Source: an uncultured bacterium
GTDB lineage: Bacteria; Patescibacteriota; Minisyncoccia; Phycocordibacterales; Phycocordibacteraceae
Assembly: GCA_963851445.1 (NCBI GenBank)
Contig: CAWKPH010000001.1
Coordinates: 233,363 to 297,362, forward strand
Direction: 5' to 3'
Length of the DNA stretch: 64,000 bases
A program made the position numbers and the translations under genes. Below, piece after piece: positions 1-8,955 of the stretch. The notes below the pieces were generated by a model that saw only the letters and a program-made list of their open reading frames with translations, was not told the origin of the DNA and searched no databases. The number at the start of each line of letters is the position of its first letter. Position 1 is the first letter of the stretch.

Positions 1-2
1 TC

Positions 3-299
3 CTGAAACCGATCCGGGGCCGAATTGTATCTTCTTCCGGCAGAGATGAGGCGAAACGTGCAGAGGGCCTTGCCTATAAGGAAGGTCGCTACTACTTCTG
101 CATTATTCGCGATCTCTCGGACGACAAGCGAAGAAAGATTCTAAAGGTCATCATGGTTCGGAAAATCGACCTTGAGAATTTTGCGGAATATCTCGCAAAT
201 CCACCTAGCGTTGGAAACTTCGAGCTGTTCAAGACAATCGCGCGAACTTACCATTCAGCGCCCTCAGAACATTTTCTCGACGTCAAAATTACGCTCACC
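3..299 (+). CDS. 3' end of a hypothetical protein, partial, running in from upstream of the window
   Basis: Open frame from base 3 to a TAG at 297-299. Charged K/E/R/D-rich composition that looks coding. No stop, so not in the ORF track. Confidence 0.3.
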
Positions 300-364
300 T
301 AGTTTGTGGTCTATGGGAGACCCACCCTGGCCGTCATTCGCAAGGATGGCGGCTTTTTCATACC

Positions 365-393
365 AAACATGTTCTAACCTGCTCTACCATGCG
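365..393 (+). promoter_or_regulatory. Conserved upstream box copy A (ACATGTTCTAACC..CTCTACCATGCG)
   Basis: Near-identical to the boxes at 1411-1440 and 4085-4112, and related to the AAAATAGGTTCTAAAC boxes at 886-902 and 3352-3368. Lies about 100 nt upstream of the 491..823 ORF. Confidence 0.5.
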
Positions 394-490
394 AATCTTG
401 ACATATAACTATAAATAGTGTATAAGTATATTAATTCCTAACGCCGTATGGCCTAGGTCGTTCCACAAGGAATCAGGGGTTTCTTGGTCT

Positions 491-823
491 TTGTCCCTAT
501 ACAAAGATCTGCACGCAGGAGAAGCCATTATGGCTGAGATTCGTGGTCTTTCTATCCAGATGGGTCCGTCGAAGTTCTCTATTATGATGGGATTGTTCGA
601 CAACACAGCGAGCCTCTCACGAACCGTGAGATTCCACGCCGGCAACCTAGTCTACGACGTGAGCATCGACAGCGTCGAGAGAGAAGATGGTTCGGGAGAA
701 TCCTGGAACATCAGGGGCAGCGCCATTCGACCCAACCCCAACACGCCCAACAGAAGGTGGCGGAAAGTTTCAATCTATTTCCGAACCGATCGTCGAACGG
801 GACATCTGAAGTTCCTCGACTAG
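491..823 (+). CDS. hypothetical protein (cassette gene 1); the real start is probably ATG 530, which follows an AGGAGA RBS
   Basis: 110-aa ORF. Box A sits upstream and a hairpin at 843-871 (agccctcgca...tgcgagggct) sits downstream. Confidence 0.45.
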   Translation: MSLYKDLHAGEAIMAEIRGLSIQMGPSKFSIMMGLFDNTASLSRTVRFHAGNLVYDVSIDSVEREDGSGESWNIRGSAIRPNPNTPNRRWRKVSIYFRTDRRTGHLKFLD

Positions 824-883
824 ACTCAACCGTCTGAACCCGAGCCCTCGCATCACTAGTGTGCGAGGGCTTAAGCATTTCTA

Positions 884-943
884 TGCAAAATAGGTTCTAA
901 ACTCACACATGAGCTGCCATTTTTAAAATCTATGGTACGGTGC
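884..943 (+). promoter_or_regulatory. Conserved upstream box copy B (CAAAATAGGTTCTAAAC ... TTTAAAATCTATGGTACGGTGC)
   Basis: The GGTTCTAAAC core is shared with 3352-3368. The TTTAAAAT..ATGGTAC.GTGC tail is shared with 1452-1474. Confidence 0.5.
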
Positions 944-976
944 TTCAAGATAAGGTTGTAGGTTAAGGGGGCAGGA

Positions 977-1345
977 ATGCCGAAGACTATGGAAGCTGAA
1001 GACCGCGTAGTTGTTCTTAGTGGTCCACCTCACACACGAATATACCAGGAATGGAATAGCCGCCTCACGTTTGAAGGCAGTCCTGTGCTTCTCGTGACTC
1101 TTCCCGCTCTCGAGGGAAAAGTGACTCAAAAAGAGCAGGAGGTTCTCGACACGCTGCGTCCATACAAGATTGAGATCGGAACAGATCTCTTCGTTCTTGA
1201 TGTGGGTGGAGTCATCGACGAAAAGACTCAACGGGATATTGAGATTGCTCAAGAGCTGGGCAAGCGCATTCGCTACCTAAGCCAGGAGCACCCCGAATGG
1301 CCTGCATGGAAAGAGGGTGATTATTTGTGGGCACCTCCTAAGTAA
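977..1345 (+). CDS. hypothetical protein (cassette gene 2)
   Basis: 122-aa ORF. AAGGGGGCAGG RBS just before the ATG. Box B upstream, U-rich tract downstream (1391-1408). Confidence 0.5.
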   Translation: MPKTMEAEDRVVVLSGPPHTRIYQEWNSRLTFEGSPVLLVTLPALEGKVTQKEQEVLDTLRPYKIEIGTDLFVLDVGGVIDEKTQRDIEIAQELGKRIRYLSQEHPEWPAWKEGDYLWAPPK

Positions 1346-1410
1346 GAAGAGCGCACGAACTTAAGCTGAAGGTAGCGCCACGAGCGGGCCTTTTCTTTTT
1401 CTTTTTGCAT

Positions 1411-1474
1411 ACAACATGTTCTAACGTCCTCTATGATGCGGAGCTGACTTATTTAAAATAAATGGTACAGTGCG
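1411..1474 (+). promoter_or_regulatory. Conserved upstream box copy C (ACAACATGTTCTAACGTCCTCTATGATGCG ... TTTAAAATAAATGGTACAGTGCG)
   Basis: Both sub-motifs are present. Lies immediately upstream of the methyltransferase gene. Confidence 0.5.
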
Positions 1475-1526
1475 TTCGAATGTTGTTTCTACTCTAGTTC
1501 TTTCGTGGTCTGGGAGGGCCAACCCA

Positions 1527-2249
1527 ATGAACGGTACTGAAATGAAAGAACTGCCAGACGCAGTGATCTATGAACAAAGCCTAGGCTATTGGCCTTACAA
1601 AGATTCCCTTCACATGGTTCAAGCTCTCACTGTCCAGCTGGATCGAGGCCGTGGAAAACTTCTTGATATCATGTGCGGTCCTGGCTATCTGTTGGGATGC
1701 ATGGCAGTTTTACATCGCGATCTGAAACTTGTCGGAGTCGACATCGACGAACGTTATGTCGACTACGGCCGTGCGACCTATCAAGGAATTTCCTTCGAGC
1801 AGGGCGACGTCCTCAACTGGCAATCTGAAGAGCCTTTCGACACGGTTCTCTGCACCGGCGCTCTACATCACGTACCCTACGAGCAACAAGAAACCGCCAT
1901 AGCCAACATGGCGAAACTTCTAAAGCCTGATGGTGTTCTGATACTATCGGACGCCTATGTGAACGATTATCAGAATGAACAGCAGAGGCAGGCTGCGGCT
2001 GCCAAACTCGGGTACGAATATCTCGTTGCTACCATTGGTAATGGGGCACCTGAAAAGATAGTTGAGTGGACGATCGATATCCTTCACAACGATGTTTTAG
2101 GACACGAGTTCAAAACGTCCATCGCAAGACGTATCCCGGTTCTTGAAAAGTATTTCGGGAAAGTCAGAACCCGCAAGGTATGGCCTGACGCATGGCCAGA
2201 GATGGGCGCCGGCTATGGAGATCACATCCATGTGTGCACGCTAACCTAA
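1527..2249 (+). CDS. class I SAM-dependent methyltransferase (cassette gene 3)
   Basis: The LLDIMCGPGYLLG (motif I) ... VLCTGALHH ... LKPDGVLIL pattern typical of Rossmann-fold MTases. The track ORF starts at 1470 (a GTG inside the conserved box); ATG 1527 with a GGGAGGG RBS is the more likely start. Hairpin plus T5 terminator at 2279-2320. Confidence 0.75.
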   Translation: MNGTEMKELPDAVIYEQSLGYWPYKDSLHMVQALTVQLDRGRGKLLDIMCGPGYLLGCMAVLHRDLKLVGVDIDERYVDYGRATYQGISFEQGDVLNWQSEEPFDTVLCTGALHHVPYEQQETAIANMAKLLKPDGVLILSDAYVNDYQNEQQRQAAAAKLGYEYLVATIGNGAPEKIVEWTIDILHNDVLGHEFKTSIARRIPVLEKYFGKVRTRKVWPDAWPEMGAGYGDHIHVCTLT

Positions 2250-2278
2250 ATGAGCTATCTTCGAAGTCACGCTGGCAC

Positions 2279-2320
2279 AGGCCGCAGTTTGAGGTCCCAT
2301 TCCTCCCCTGCGGCTTTTTC
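2279..2320 (+). terminator. intrinsic terminator (gccgcag ... ctgcggc + TTTTT)
   Basis: Perfect 7-bp stem followed by a T-run, just after the stop of the MTase gene. Confidence 0.6.
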
Positions 2321-2468
2321 ATATCAAGGTTCTTACGTCTCTTTCAGATAGGAACTCGAATTTGACATGTTCACTTATTATAGTACTGTTCAACAAGTCC
2401 CAATCTCAGAGACCTTCGGGTCGGAAAGGTGAACATGCGTATCTATAACGGGTCGCTACCCTCGGTTT

Positions 2469-3284
2469 GTGAATCCGGTCGAACAGGCGCGGCGCGCATA
2501 CCGCTTCGCGCTTTGGTTAGTTACTTCAACGCTCTCGCTGTCCGCTTTTGCCGGATTCGCGTCGGCGTCGGAGTCGGAACCGAACAACGAGAGTGACGGT
2601 GGAAATGCGCCGCAGACCTATGTCCTCGAAACGGTGCCGCAACCCATTCTCACACTCTCGGGTGGGCTGCGCACCGAGAAGCTCGGGGACAATGGCTTCG
2701 TGCTCCATTCAGGCCCTATTGCCTGGACGGGGGCGAACGTATCGCTCTCGAATGGTTGGTCTGTCAACACCTGGGAATCGCGCTCACTTTCGGGCTCCAA
2801 TGGTTCGGACGAGAACGATCTCGGTGTTTGCAAGACCGGCTCCATCGGCGCGAACGCGCTTACTGGCTGTTTCGCCTACTACGACATCCGACCTCTGTTC
2901 AACGCTAAGGGCGGAGACATCGTCTCCCCCTATGCTGAACTGGACCGTCCGCTCGGACAGAACTGGACAGTGATCGGCAAAGTCGCCGCTTACTTGCACA
3001 CCGAGAAGCCGGGCAACGACGGGGGCGTGGTGTCAGCGGGACTACAGAAGACCTTCCAGGCGGGGAATCTCTCGCTCGTCCAAGTCGGCTCGGTCGCCGT
3101 TTCAGACGGCCCGTTCCAACAGAAGGCAGGCGCCGAGTTCCGCTACGACGCGTCCCTAAAGGTGCCGCTCACCAATCGGATGAAGCTGGAGATCCTCTGG
3201 GTCAAGGCGTTCAAACCGCTGCTGGGAGCAAGGGATCGAGGACCGGTGTTCTCGTTTGGCACCGGTCTGACCCTCGCCTATTAA
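2469..3284 (+). CDS. secreted beta-rich protein with an outer-membrane beta-barrel-like C-terminus (cassette gene 4). About 60% GC, so probably horizontally acquired
   Basis: N-terminal signal-like hydrophobic segment (LSLSAFAGFASA). Alternating hydrophobic pattern. C-terminal ...GTGLTLAY ends in an aromatic residue, as in OMP beta-barrels. GC is far above that of neighbouring genes. Alternative-frame ORFs such as 2548..2973 are GC artefacts. Confidence 0.5.
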   Translation: MNPVEQARRAYRFALWLVTSTLSLSAFAGFASASESEPNNESDGGNAPQTYVLETVPQPILTLSGGLRTEKLGDNGFVLHSGPIAWTGANVSLSNGWSVNTWESRSLSGSNGSDENDLGVCKTGSIGANALTGCFAYYDIRPLFNAKGGDIVSPYAELDRPLGQNWTVIGKVAAYLHTEKPGNDGGVVSAGLQKTFQAGNLSLVQVGSVAVSDGPFQQKAGAEFRYDASLKVPLTNRMKLEILWVKAFKPLLGARDRGPVFSFGTGLTLAY

Positions 3285-3349
3285 TTAGGCGACATCGTGC
3301 ATCGACTATAGCTTGGGAGCCTGCTTCGGCGGGCTTCTTTTCTTTTATA

Positions 3350-3368
3350 CAAAATAGGTTCTAAACTG
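3350..3368 (+). promoter_or_regulatory. Conserved upstream box copy D (ACAAAATAGGTTCTAAAC)
   Basis: Same core as box B. About 70 nt upstream of the 3440 ORF. Confidence 0.5.
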
Positions 3369-3439
3369 ATGTATAGTGGAAATACCCAGTCAACAAATCT
3401 GAAGTAGACTTATCACCTAAACTTTAATGTTGCTCACGT

Positions 3440-4072
3440 ATGCTTACTTTACTTGCTAGTGCCGTTACGTCAGTCTTGATGCTCCTTGGTCTAGGTACGA
3501 CAGCTAATCCTTCGGTTCACTTATCTTCATTTTTTCCTCCGAAGCCTCCAACAGTGGTCATTGATCCGAGTACCCTATCAAACCAAGATGCAGCGCCCGT
3601 CATTGGGGGGGATAAGATGCTTACTCCAGTGTTTAATGTGAGTGTAAAAAATAAATTAGGGAAGCTCGTGTTTAGTGGTGCCGCAAATTTTAATTACGAT
3701 GCTAATGGAGATTACTTTCCTGGCGCATCGTGGTTCGTACAAATACATCCACAACTTCCCATTGGAACATACGAGGTAACTGCTAATGCTGCCACGGGGA
3801 CACTAAAAGTAGTTTCTAGTAACTACATCTTGGTCAACCAGAGCAGTCTTGTTGCCAACAGCCCTATAATTTCAGGAACCGCAAAAGGACCGACGTCTAT
3901 AACAGTTACAGAGTGTTTGGGTCCATCTTGTAACTATGCAACCGTACCAGTCATTGCAGGTGAATGGTCCGTGTCCACCAAAAGTTTTAAGCCAAATTCT
4001 GAGGCGTTAGAAAATGGCACCATCATAACAGCAGCGGGAGATAATATTCATGGACTTGGACTTGTGAACTAG
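3440..4072 (+). CDS. secreted hypothetical protein, Ig-like or beta-sandwich-like (cassette gene 5)
   Basis: Signal peptide (MLTLLASAVTSVLMLLGLGTTA). Thr/Ser/Asn-rich beta-strand composition. About 42% GC. Confidence 0.5.
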   Translation: MLTLLASAVTSVLMLLGLGTTANPSVHLSSFFPPKPPTVVIDPSTLSNQDAAPVIGGDKMLTPVFNVSVKNKLGKLVFSGAANFNYDANGDYFPGASWFVQIHPQLPIGTYEVTANAATGTLKVVSSNYILVNQSSLVANSPIISGTAKGPTSITVTECLGPSCNYATVPVIAGEWSVSTKSFKPNSEALENGTIITAAGDNIHGLGLVN

Positions 4073-4079
4073 AACCGAT

Positions 4080-4409
4080 TTGTTATATCAACCAGGTTCT
4101 AACGTCCTCTACCATAAGACGCTCATAATCCTCTTTTTAATGTTACTGTACCCATGGATCTTGGTTAGCGTGCCAAAAACATTGGGGGTCATGATGGCTT
4201 CGTATGAAAAAACGGAACAAGTTGAAGAGGCTCTAGCAATAGAGTTCTACAAATACATCATAGGTACGGCCATCATATCTGATGAGCTACATGGTTATGC
4301 TGTGGTGCTCTATCGCATCCCTGAGCAAGCTATTTTTGCCGTTCCCTCTATACGAGATGGGGTAAAGGTAGTGCTGAAGGTAACCGAGGCGCGCAGGTAT
4401 ATCCCGTAA
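4080..4409 (+). CDS. hypothetical protein (cassette gene 6); the real start is probably an internal Met (MMASYEK, around 4186-4189), since the 5' part overlaps box E
   Basis: 109-aa ORF. Its N-terminal hydrophobic part coincides with the conserved box, so the true start probably lies downstream. Confidence 0.35.
   Translation: MLYQPGSNVLYHKTLIILFLMLLYPWILVSVPKTLGVMMASYEKTEQVEEALAIEFYKYIIGTAIISDELHGYAVVLYRIPEQAIFAVPSIRDGVKVVLKVTEARRYIP
4085..4112 (+). promoter_or_regulatory. Conserved upstream box copy E (CAGGTTCTAACGTCCTCTACCATAAG)
   Basis: Matches the A/C sub-family over about 24 nt. Confidence 0.45.
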
Positions 4410-4556
4410 TCAAGTCAAACCGGCTGCACAAATAGTGTGGCCTTTTCTATAGCACCAACATTCCAAGTTCATACTAGGGGATAAGCCTAGCCAAAGGCAG
4501 GATCCGTGGTATAAATATCTCCACGCGCTTTCATACGGCCTTAGGGAGGTCTACCA

Positions 4557-4700
4557 ATGAGAAAGAGACGCGCTTCAGTTCCTTTACAGTTGCTTTCCAA
4601 CAAGTGGTGTGACGACCCGGCACCTAGACCCGACGGGACATCAGCCGAGACTTTGGCTGAAATCGAACAGTCGCTTCGTCGTCGAAATCCCCAATCCTAA
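4557..4700 (+). CDS. possible small protein (47 aa)
   Basis: ATG preceded by a GGGAGG RBS at the correct spacing. Below the 60-aa cutoff of the track. Confidence 0.2.
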   Translation: MRKRRASVPLQLLSNKWCDDPAPRPDGTSAETLAEIEQSLRRRNPQS

Positions 4701-4718
4701 GATTCGAGGGAGTCCATT

Positions 4719-4925
4719 ATGGGTTTATCAATGCATCCAGGTGTACTAGCAGGGTGTTCTCCGAAGGAGTGGGTCAAGCATCCTAGAGTACGCGCGGCGC
4801 GTGGGTCTGAGCCCGGCAGCGCACCCCTACAACTTCACGTACCGGACATCCGCATTTTGGGGCTCACTCCTCGTTCGGAGATATTTCTTTCTCCGAACGA
4901 CAACCCTAGAATGCTTCCACATTGA
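4719..4925 (+). CDS. possible small GC-rich ORF (68 aa)
   Basis: GAGGGAG RBS 7 nt upstream. Hairpin at 4871-4893. No recognisable domain. Confidence 0.2.
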   Translation: MGLSMHPGVLAGCSPKEWVKHPRVRAARGSEPGSAPLQLHVPDIRILGLTPRSEIFLSPNDNPRMLPH

Positions 4926-4992
4926 CTATCGCCTGTTCAAAAAAGAGCCGGCGATTTTTATTACGAACCTACTCGAAGCGAGCACGGCATCA

Positions 4993-6129
4993 CTACTTCT
5001 GAAGTGCCTCAAGTCCTGGTAGTGTGCCCTTGGCAAGAAAATCAAGCATGGCGCCACCTCCCGTTGAAATGAATGAGAACCGTGCGGCTGCACCAAGTTC
5101 CTCAATTGCGGCGATGGTATCGCCTCCCCCAACTATCGAGTGTGCGCTACTAGCGGCAATTGCTCTCGCAAGTGCAAAGGTGCTTTCGGTAAAACCATTT
5201 TCGTAATTACCAAGCGGCCCATTCCAAAGAATTGTTTTCGAATCTTTTACAAGTCCCGCAAGTAGGGCACTTGTTCTAGGACCTTCGTCGAGAATTGCCT
5301 TGTCTATCGGAATATCTGTAAGAGGAACAACGTGGCTTTCGGATTGTTTCGAACCGAGTACACCAACGACGGCATCAATGGGCGGTGCGAGTTTTCTGTT
5401 TGCAAGTAGATTTTTGATTTCTTTAGGATCGGTGTCTGAAACGAGTGAGGTCCCTACGCTATAGCCAAGTCCTTTTACGAAATCATTTCCAAGCGCGCCG
5501 CCTGCAAAAACTCGGTCGTACAGTTCGAGAAGCCGTACCAACACCGGTTCCTTAGTCGCAAACTTCGCTCCTCCGATAACAGCTAGCGCAGGGTGTTCAG
5601 GACGCAGGCCTTTTGAAAGTTCCCGTACTTCTTCTTCTACAAGTAGTCCCGCGTAGGAAGGAAGCAATTTGGGCACACCAACGACCGAAGCGTGTGAACG
5701 ATGACACACATCAAATGAATCCTCGACGAAAACGTCAGCTAATTCAGAGAGTGCAATTGCAAAATTTTTATCGTTTGTAATTTCTCCCTTATCACGTCGA
5801 AGGTTCTCGAGCATGAGCACGTCGCCTGGATGAAGCGCGCGCACTGCTTCGCGTGCTGGGGAACCTATGGTGACGGGGCAAAACTTGAGGCCGGGTACGT
5901 ATGTTTTGAGTGCTTCATATACCGGTAAAAGTGTTTCGGTTCCTTCTTCACCTATGTGACCGATGAGTACAACGCGTGCATTTGCCTTTCGAAGGAATTC
6001 AATTGTAGGAAGTGCTTTGCGTAACCGGAATGAATTCATCACTTTGCCATTTGCCACCGGTACGTTTAGCGCAGCCCTCACGAGTACTGGTATATTTTCA
6101 AGCACCGGAATTTCACGAATGCCTTTCAT
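4993..6129 (-). CDS. pgk: phosphoglycerate kinase
   Basis: Full-length PGK architecture with conserved N- and C-domain motifs (…GHIGEEG…, …GGGDT…AA…, …STGGGAMLDFL…). Confidence 0.95.
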   Translation of the reverse strand: MKGIREIPVLENIPVLVRAALNVPVANGKVMNSFRLRKALPTIEFLRKANARVVLIGHIGEEGTETLLPVYEALKTYVPGLKFCPVTIGSPAREAVRALHPGDVLMLENLRRDKGEITNDKNFAIALSELADVFVEDSFDVCHRSHASVVGVPKLLPSYAGLLVEEEVRELSKGLRPEHPALAVIGGAKFATKEPVLVRLLELYDRVFAGGALGNDFVKGLGYSVGTSLVSDTDPKEIKNLLANRKLAPPIDAVVGVLGSKQSESHVVPLTDIPIDKAILDEGPRTSALLAGLVKDSKTILWNGPLGNYENGFTESTFALARAIAASSAHSIVGGGDTIAAIEELGAAARFSFISTGGGAMLDFLAKGTLPGLEALQK

Positions 6130-6136
6130 GCACGTA

Positions 6137-6883
6137 CTACGAACGAATTGCTCTCACAAGCGCACTAAAAATATCTGAATCTGCACTCGAGCGTCCAGGA
6201 AGAAATCCGCCAACACCCGTATCCTCGCATAGCGCCCTAATATTCCCTGGCTCGACGGAGCCGCCGTATATGAGACGAATTTTCGAAGCGTTACCTCCTG
6301 GTACATAGTCACCAAGTACTTTACGTATATAGAGCATCATTTCCGCAAGATCGCGAGGAGTGATTGCGTCTGAGGCAGTTTTTCCGATTGCCCATATTGG
6401 TTCGTACGCGATAACAACGCTCATGCGTTCCTTAGGTGAGAGTCCTTGAAATATAGACGCTATTTGCGCGCGAAGCACCTGGAGGTACTGCGCATCAGGG
6501 TCACGTGTTTGCTCTCCTATACAAACGATGGGGGTAATTTTGCTTGCGAGCGCAGCGCGCGTTTTTTCAAATACCACTTGGTCGGTTTCTCCCATGCGAC
6601 GACGCTCGGAGTGACCAATAATGGCGTACGATACGCCGAGGTTATGAAGAAGAGCCGCCGTGACTTCGCCCGTACAAGCGCCTCCCGTAACTGTTGAGAG
6701 GTCCTGGGCGGCAAACGAAACCTTTGAACGATTTCCGGGAGCAAGTAACCCAAGGTAGGGGGCTGGGACGGCAAGAACAATCTCAATATCAGAAAGGAGT
6801 GCAAGTTTTTTTGCACTAGCAAACAATTTTTTTGCCTTATCGGTAGATTCTACGTACGCTTTCCAATTTCCAACGATGAGCAT
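6137..6883 (-). CDS. tpiA: triosephosphate isomerase
   Basis: MLIVGNWKAY..., IIGHSERR, AYEPIWAIGKTAS and IYGGSV motifs. Confidence 0.95.
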   Translation of the reverse strand: MLIVGNWKAYVESTDKAKKLFASAKKLALLSDIEIVLAVPAPYLGLLAPGNRSKVSFAAQDLSTVTGGACTGEVTAALLHNLGVSYAIIGHSERRRMGETDQVVFEKTRAALASKITPIVCIGEQTRDPDAQYLQVLRAQIASIFQGLSPKERMSVVIAYEPIWAIGKTASDAITPRDLAEMMLYIRKVLGDYVPGGNASKIRLIYGGSVEPGNIRALCEDTGVGGFLPGRSSADSDIFSALVRAIRS

Positions 6884-6910
6884 GCATATACGATACCACG
6901 CGCCTCCTTT

Positions 6911-8362
6911 TTACTCCTGATGCCAATTAACGAATTGATATGTCGTTGAGGTAACGGGCGTAAATGGCGGAGGGCTTGTTGCCAGCTGACGATCGTATGC
7001 GTCAATGCGTGTTGTGTATCCTGACGTCTGGGTCCCACTGCTATGACCGCAGCCATAACTACTTCCTGGGTATGACCACTGGGTACCCGTTCGATCGTTA
7101 GAAATGGTGCTGCCATGAATGGTAAGGGTGCCTTCAAGGTTATACGGGGCTTCAGAACAGGTATACATATTTCTTCCAAACGCTCCTCCTTGCGCAACGA
7201 ATATGCCGTTCAAGTTCATGTTGTAGGGAGAATTGGGCGTTATGAGTATGTCGTTGGCGCTGATGGCTGTGAGTCCTGATACACCGCTTGGATTACTATA
7301 GGTAATGTTGTTGGGGAGCATAATGTTAGGCGTTATACCGGGAGTCACCACATTAGCTGCGACAACGGTCACCTCGCTTGGTATTACGCCTTCAATCCAC
7401 GCATTGTCCTCGACATAAATAAGACTGCAGGTAGCGGGGATCGTGTAGGTACCAAGAAGTGTTTGGGTTGCGATGAGCGTGTAATCGTCTTGAAGAGTAG
7501 TGACGCTTTGGTTGTCGATTGGAAGAGACGGCTCGTCAGTTTCGCTCGTTACCTTATATACGGTAACGGTACCATTACTGTTAAATATGAGATGGTAGCC
7601 CTCCCCTGCGCTCTCGCCTGTTGTGCCCGAGCTGATGCGTGGGAAATAAAGTCCTGAGGACTGGGCAATTGACTTAAGTGAAGAGAAATTTGCAGAGATT
7701 GCTGAGAAATCTACTTGCGGTGTCGGGTAGTTCCAGAGCGCCTGATTGCCCCCTGCGCCGAATATGCCAGGTTCCGTTGTATTACTTGAGCACCCAAAAG
7801 AACTTGTACAGGTCCACGACGAAAGCGAGCTTGTGACTGGTGAATTGACGGTACCGTCCATGCGTATACCCCCATTGGAGTGATAGGGACCGAATATAAT
7901 ACGGTCAGCCCCCGCCCATACGCTACTGTTCACTATATAGGAGTACTCGGCAACGCTCGGCTCTGCATACCTTGCATTCACGGTTGCTGTTCCACCTGAA
8001 CCGTCATTGGTAGCGCCTTCTGAGGTGATGTCGACAGAGGTGAGCGCGTTACACTCCATGTTGCCCTTGATCGTGAGTGTGTAGGTTCCTATTTGCCCTC
8101 CTTCGGGATCGTTATAGGCAATGGTGAATGGGCCTGGCTGGCCTGTCCCGTTATCAAGGTCGGTAGGAAACTGCGTGAGGTGCCACTGGTAATACTCAAG
8201 ACCGGCTTCGGCGATCGAGAACGCCTTGCTTTCTCCCATACGGAGTATCTCAAGACGATTTTCCGAAAGCACGAAACTTGAAAGAGCACCCAGCACCATA
8301 AGAAAAATGGCACCAAATACGAGTGCGACAAGTATAAGGTAGCCACGAGGTGATTTTTTCAT
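6911..8362 (-). CDS. type IV pilus-associated protein, PilX-like (N-terminal TM anchor and large extracellular domain)
   Basis: N-terminus MKKSPRGYLILVALVFGAIFLMVLGALSSFVLSENRLEI resembles the PilX_N region. Its stop overlaps the upstream pilin gene, so it is operonic with the pilin/pilC/pilB genes. Confidence 0.55.
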   Translation of the reverse strand: MKKSPRGYLILVALVFGAIFLMVLGALSSFVLSENRLEILRMGESKAFSIAEAGLEYYQWHLTQFPTDLDNGTGQPGPFTIAYNDPEGGQIGTYTLTIKGNMECNALTSVDITSEGATNDGSGGTATVNARYAEPSVAEYSYIVNSSVWAGADRIIFGPYHSNGGIRMDGTVNSPVTSSLSSWTCTSSFGCSSNTTEPGIFGAGGNQALWNYPTPQVDFSAISANFSSLKSIAQSSGLYFPRISSGTTGESAGEGYHLIFNSNGTVTVYKVTSETDEPSLPIDNQSVTTLQDDYTLIATQTLLGTYTIPATCSLIYVEDNAWIEGVIPSEVTVVAANVVTPGITPNIMLPNNITYSNPSGVSGLTAISANDILITPNSPYNMNLNGIFVAQGGAFGRNMYTCSEAPYNLEGTLTIHGSTISNDRTGTQWSYPGSSYGCGHSSGTQTSGYTTRIDAYDRQLATSPPPFTPVTSTTYQFVNWHQE

Positions 8363-8955
8363 AAGTTTCGTAGCGTGGCGCTTCCAGTGAGTGTGTATGC
8401 TGAAGGCGCCCTCGTGGGATTTACGTCTATATCAAGCGTTGTCGTGATGGTGGTAATCGAATAAATGCTTGAGGACGAAGTGACCGCAGTATCACTGGCA
8501 TTATAATACTGAAAAATTGGTGTTGACGGGCTGTTCTGTACATACGTTGCAATCGTAGTCGTTGCTGCGGGTTGTCCTGCATACGAAGGTGGGGTGCCTG
8601 TTGCGGTTGTTATGCTTCGATAGAGCGTATTGCCAAGAAGATAGTACTGCAACATCTCGACATCACCCGTATTATTGTAGTCAGCATAAAAAGTCACTGA
8701 AGAGGTTCCGATATTGGCGATCGGATATGAGCCATCATCGCCGTACGAAGCCTCCCGTAGATCCTGAATCGCATTCGTAAGCCCAATCTGCGCATTTTCG
8801 ACCGCCGTTCCTTCTTGGAGAACATAGTCATTCCCCCGATAGATATATTGAATCATGAATCCGAGGATGAGCGTCACGATGCTTACGATGGCAATGACCA
8901 CGAGGGTCTCAAGAAGCGTGAAGCCCCGCTTGGGTACGTTAGAAAGCATCTGCAT
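8359..8955 (-). CDS. type IV pilin-like protein (prepilin-type N-terminal cleavage/methylation domain)
   Basis: KRGFTLLETLVVIAIVSIV... is a classic class III signal peptide (G|FTLLE). Confidence 0.7.
   Translation of the reverse strand: MQMLSNVPKRGFTLLETLVVIAIVSIVTLILGFMIQYIYRGNDYVLQEGTAVENAQIGLTNAIQDLREASYGDDGSYPIANIGTSSVTFYADYNNTGDVEMLQYYLLGNTLYRSITTATGTPPSYAGQPAATTTIATYVQNSPSTPIFQYYNASDTAVTSSSSIYSITTITTTLDIDVNPTRAPSAYTLTGSATLRNL

Noticed and set aside
2548-2999. Alternative-frame and antisense ORFs (2548..2973 +, 2618..2845 -, 2784..2999 -) inside the GC-rich gene
   Set aside because: Typical GC-rich frame artefacts (Arg/Ser/Pro-rich). The main frame has a signal peptide and an OMP-like C-terminus.
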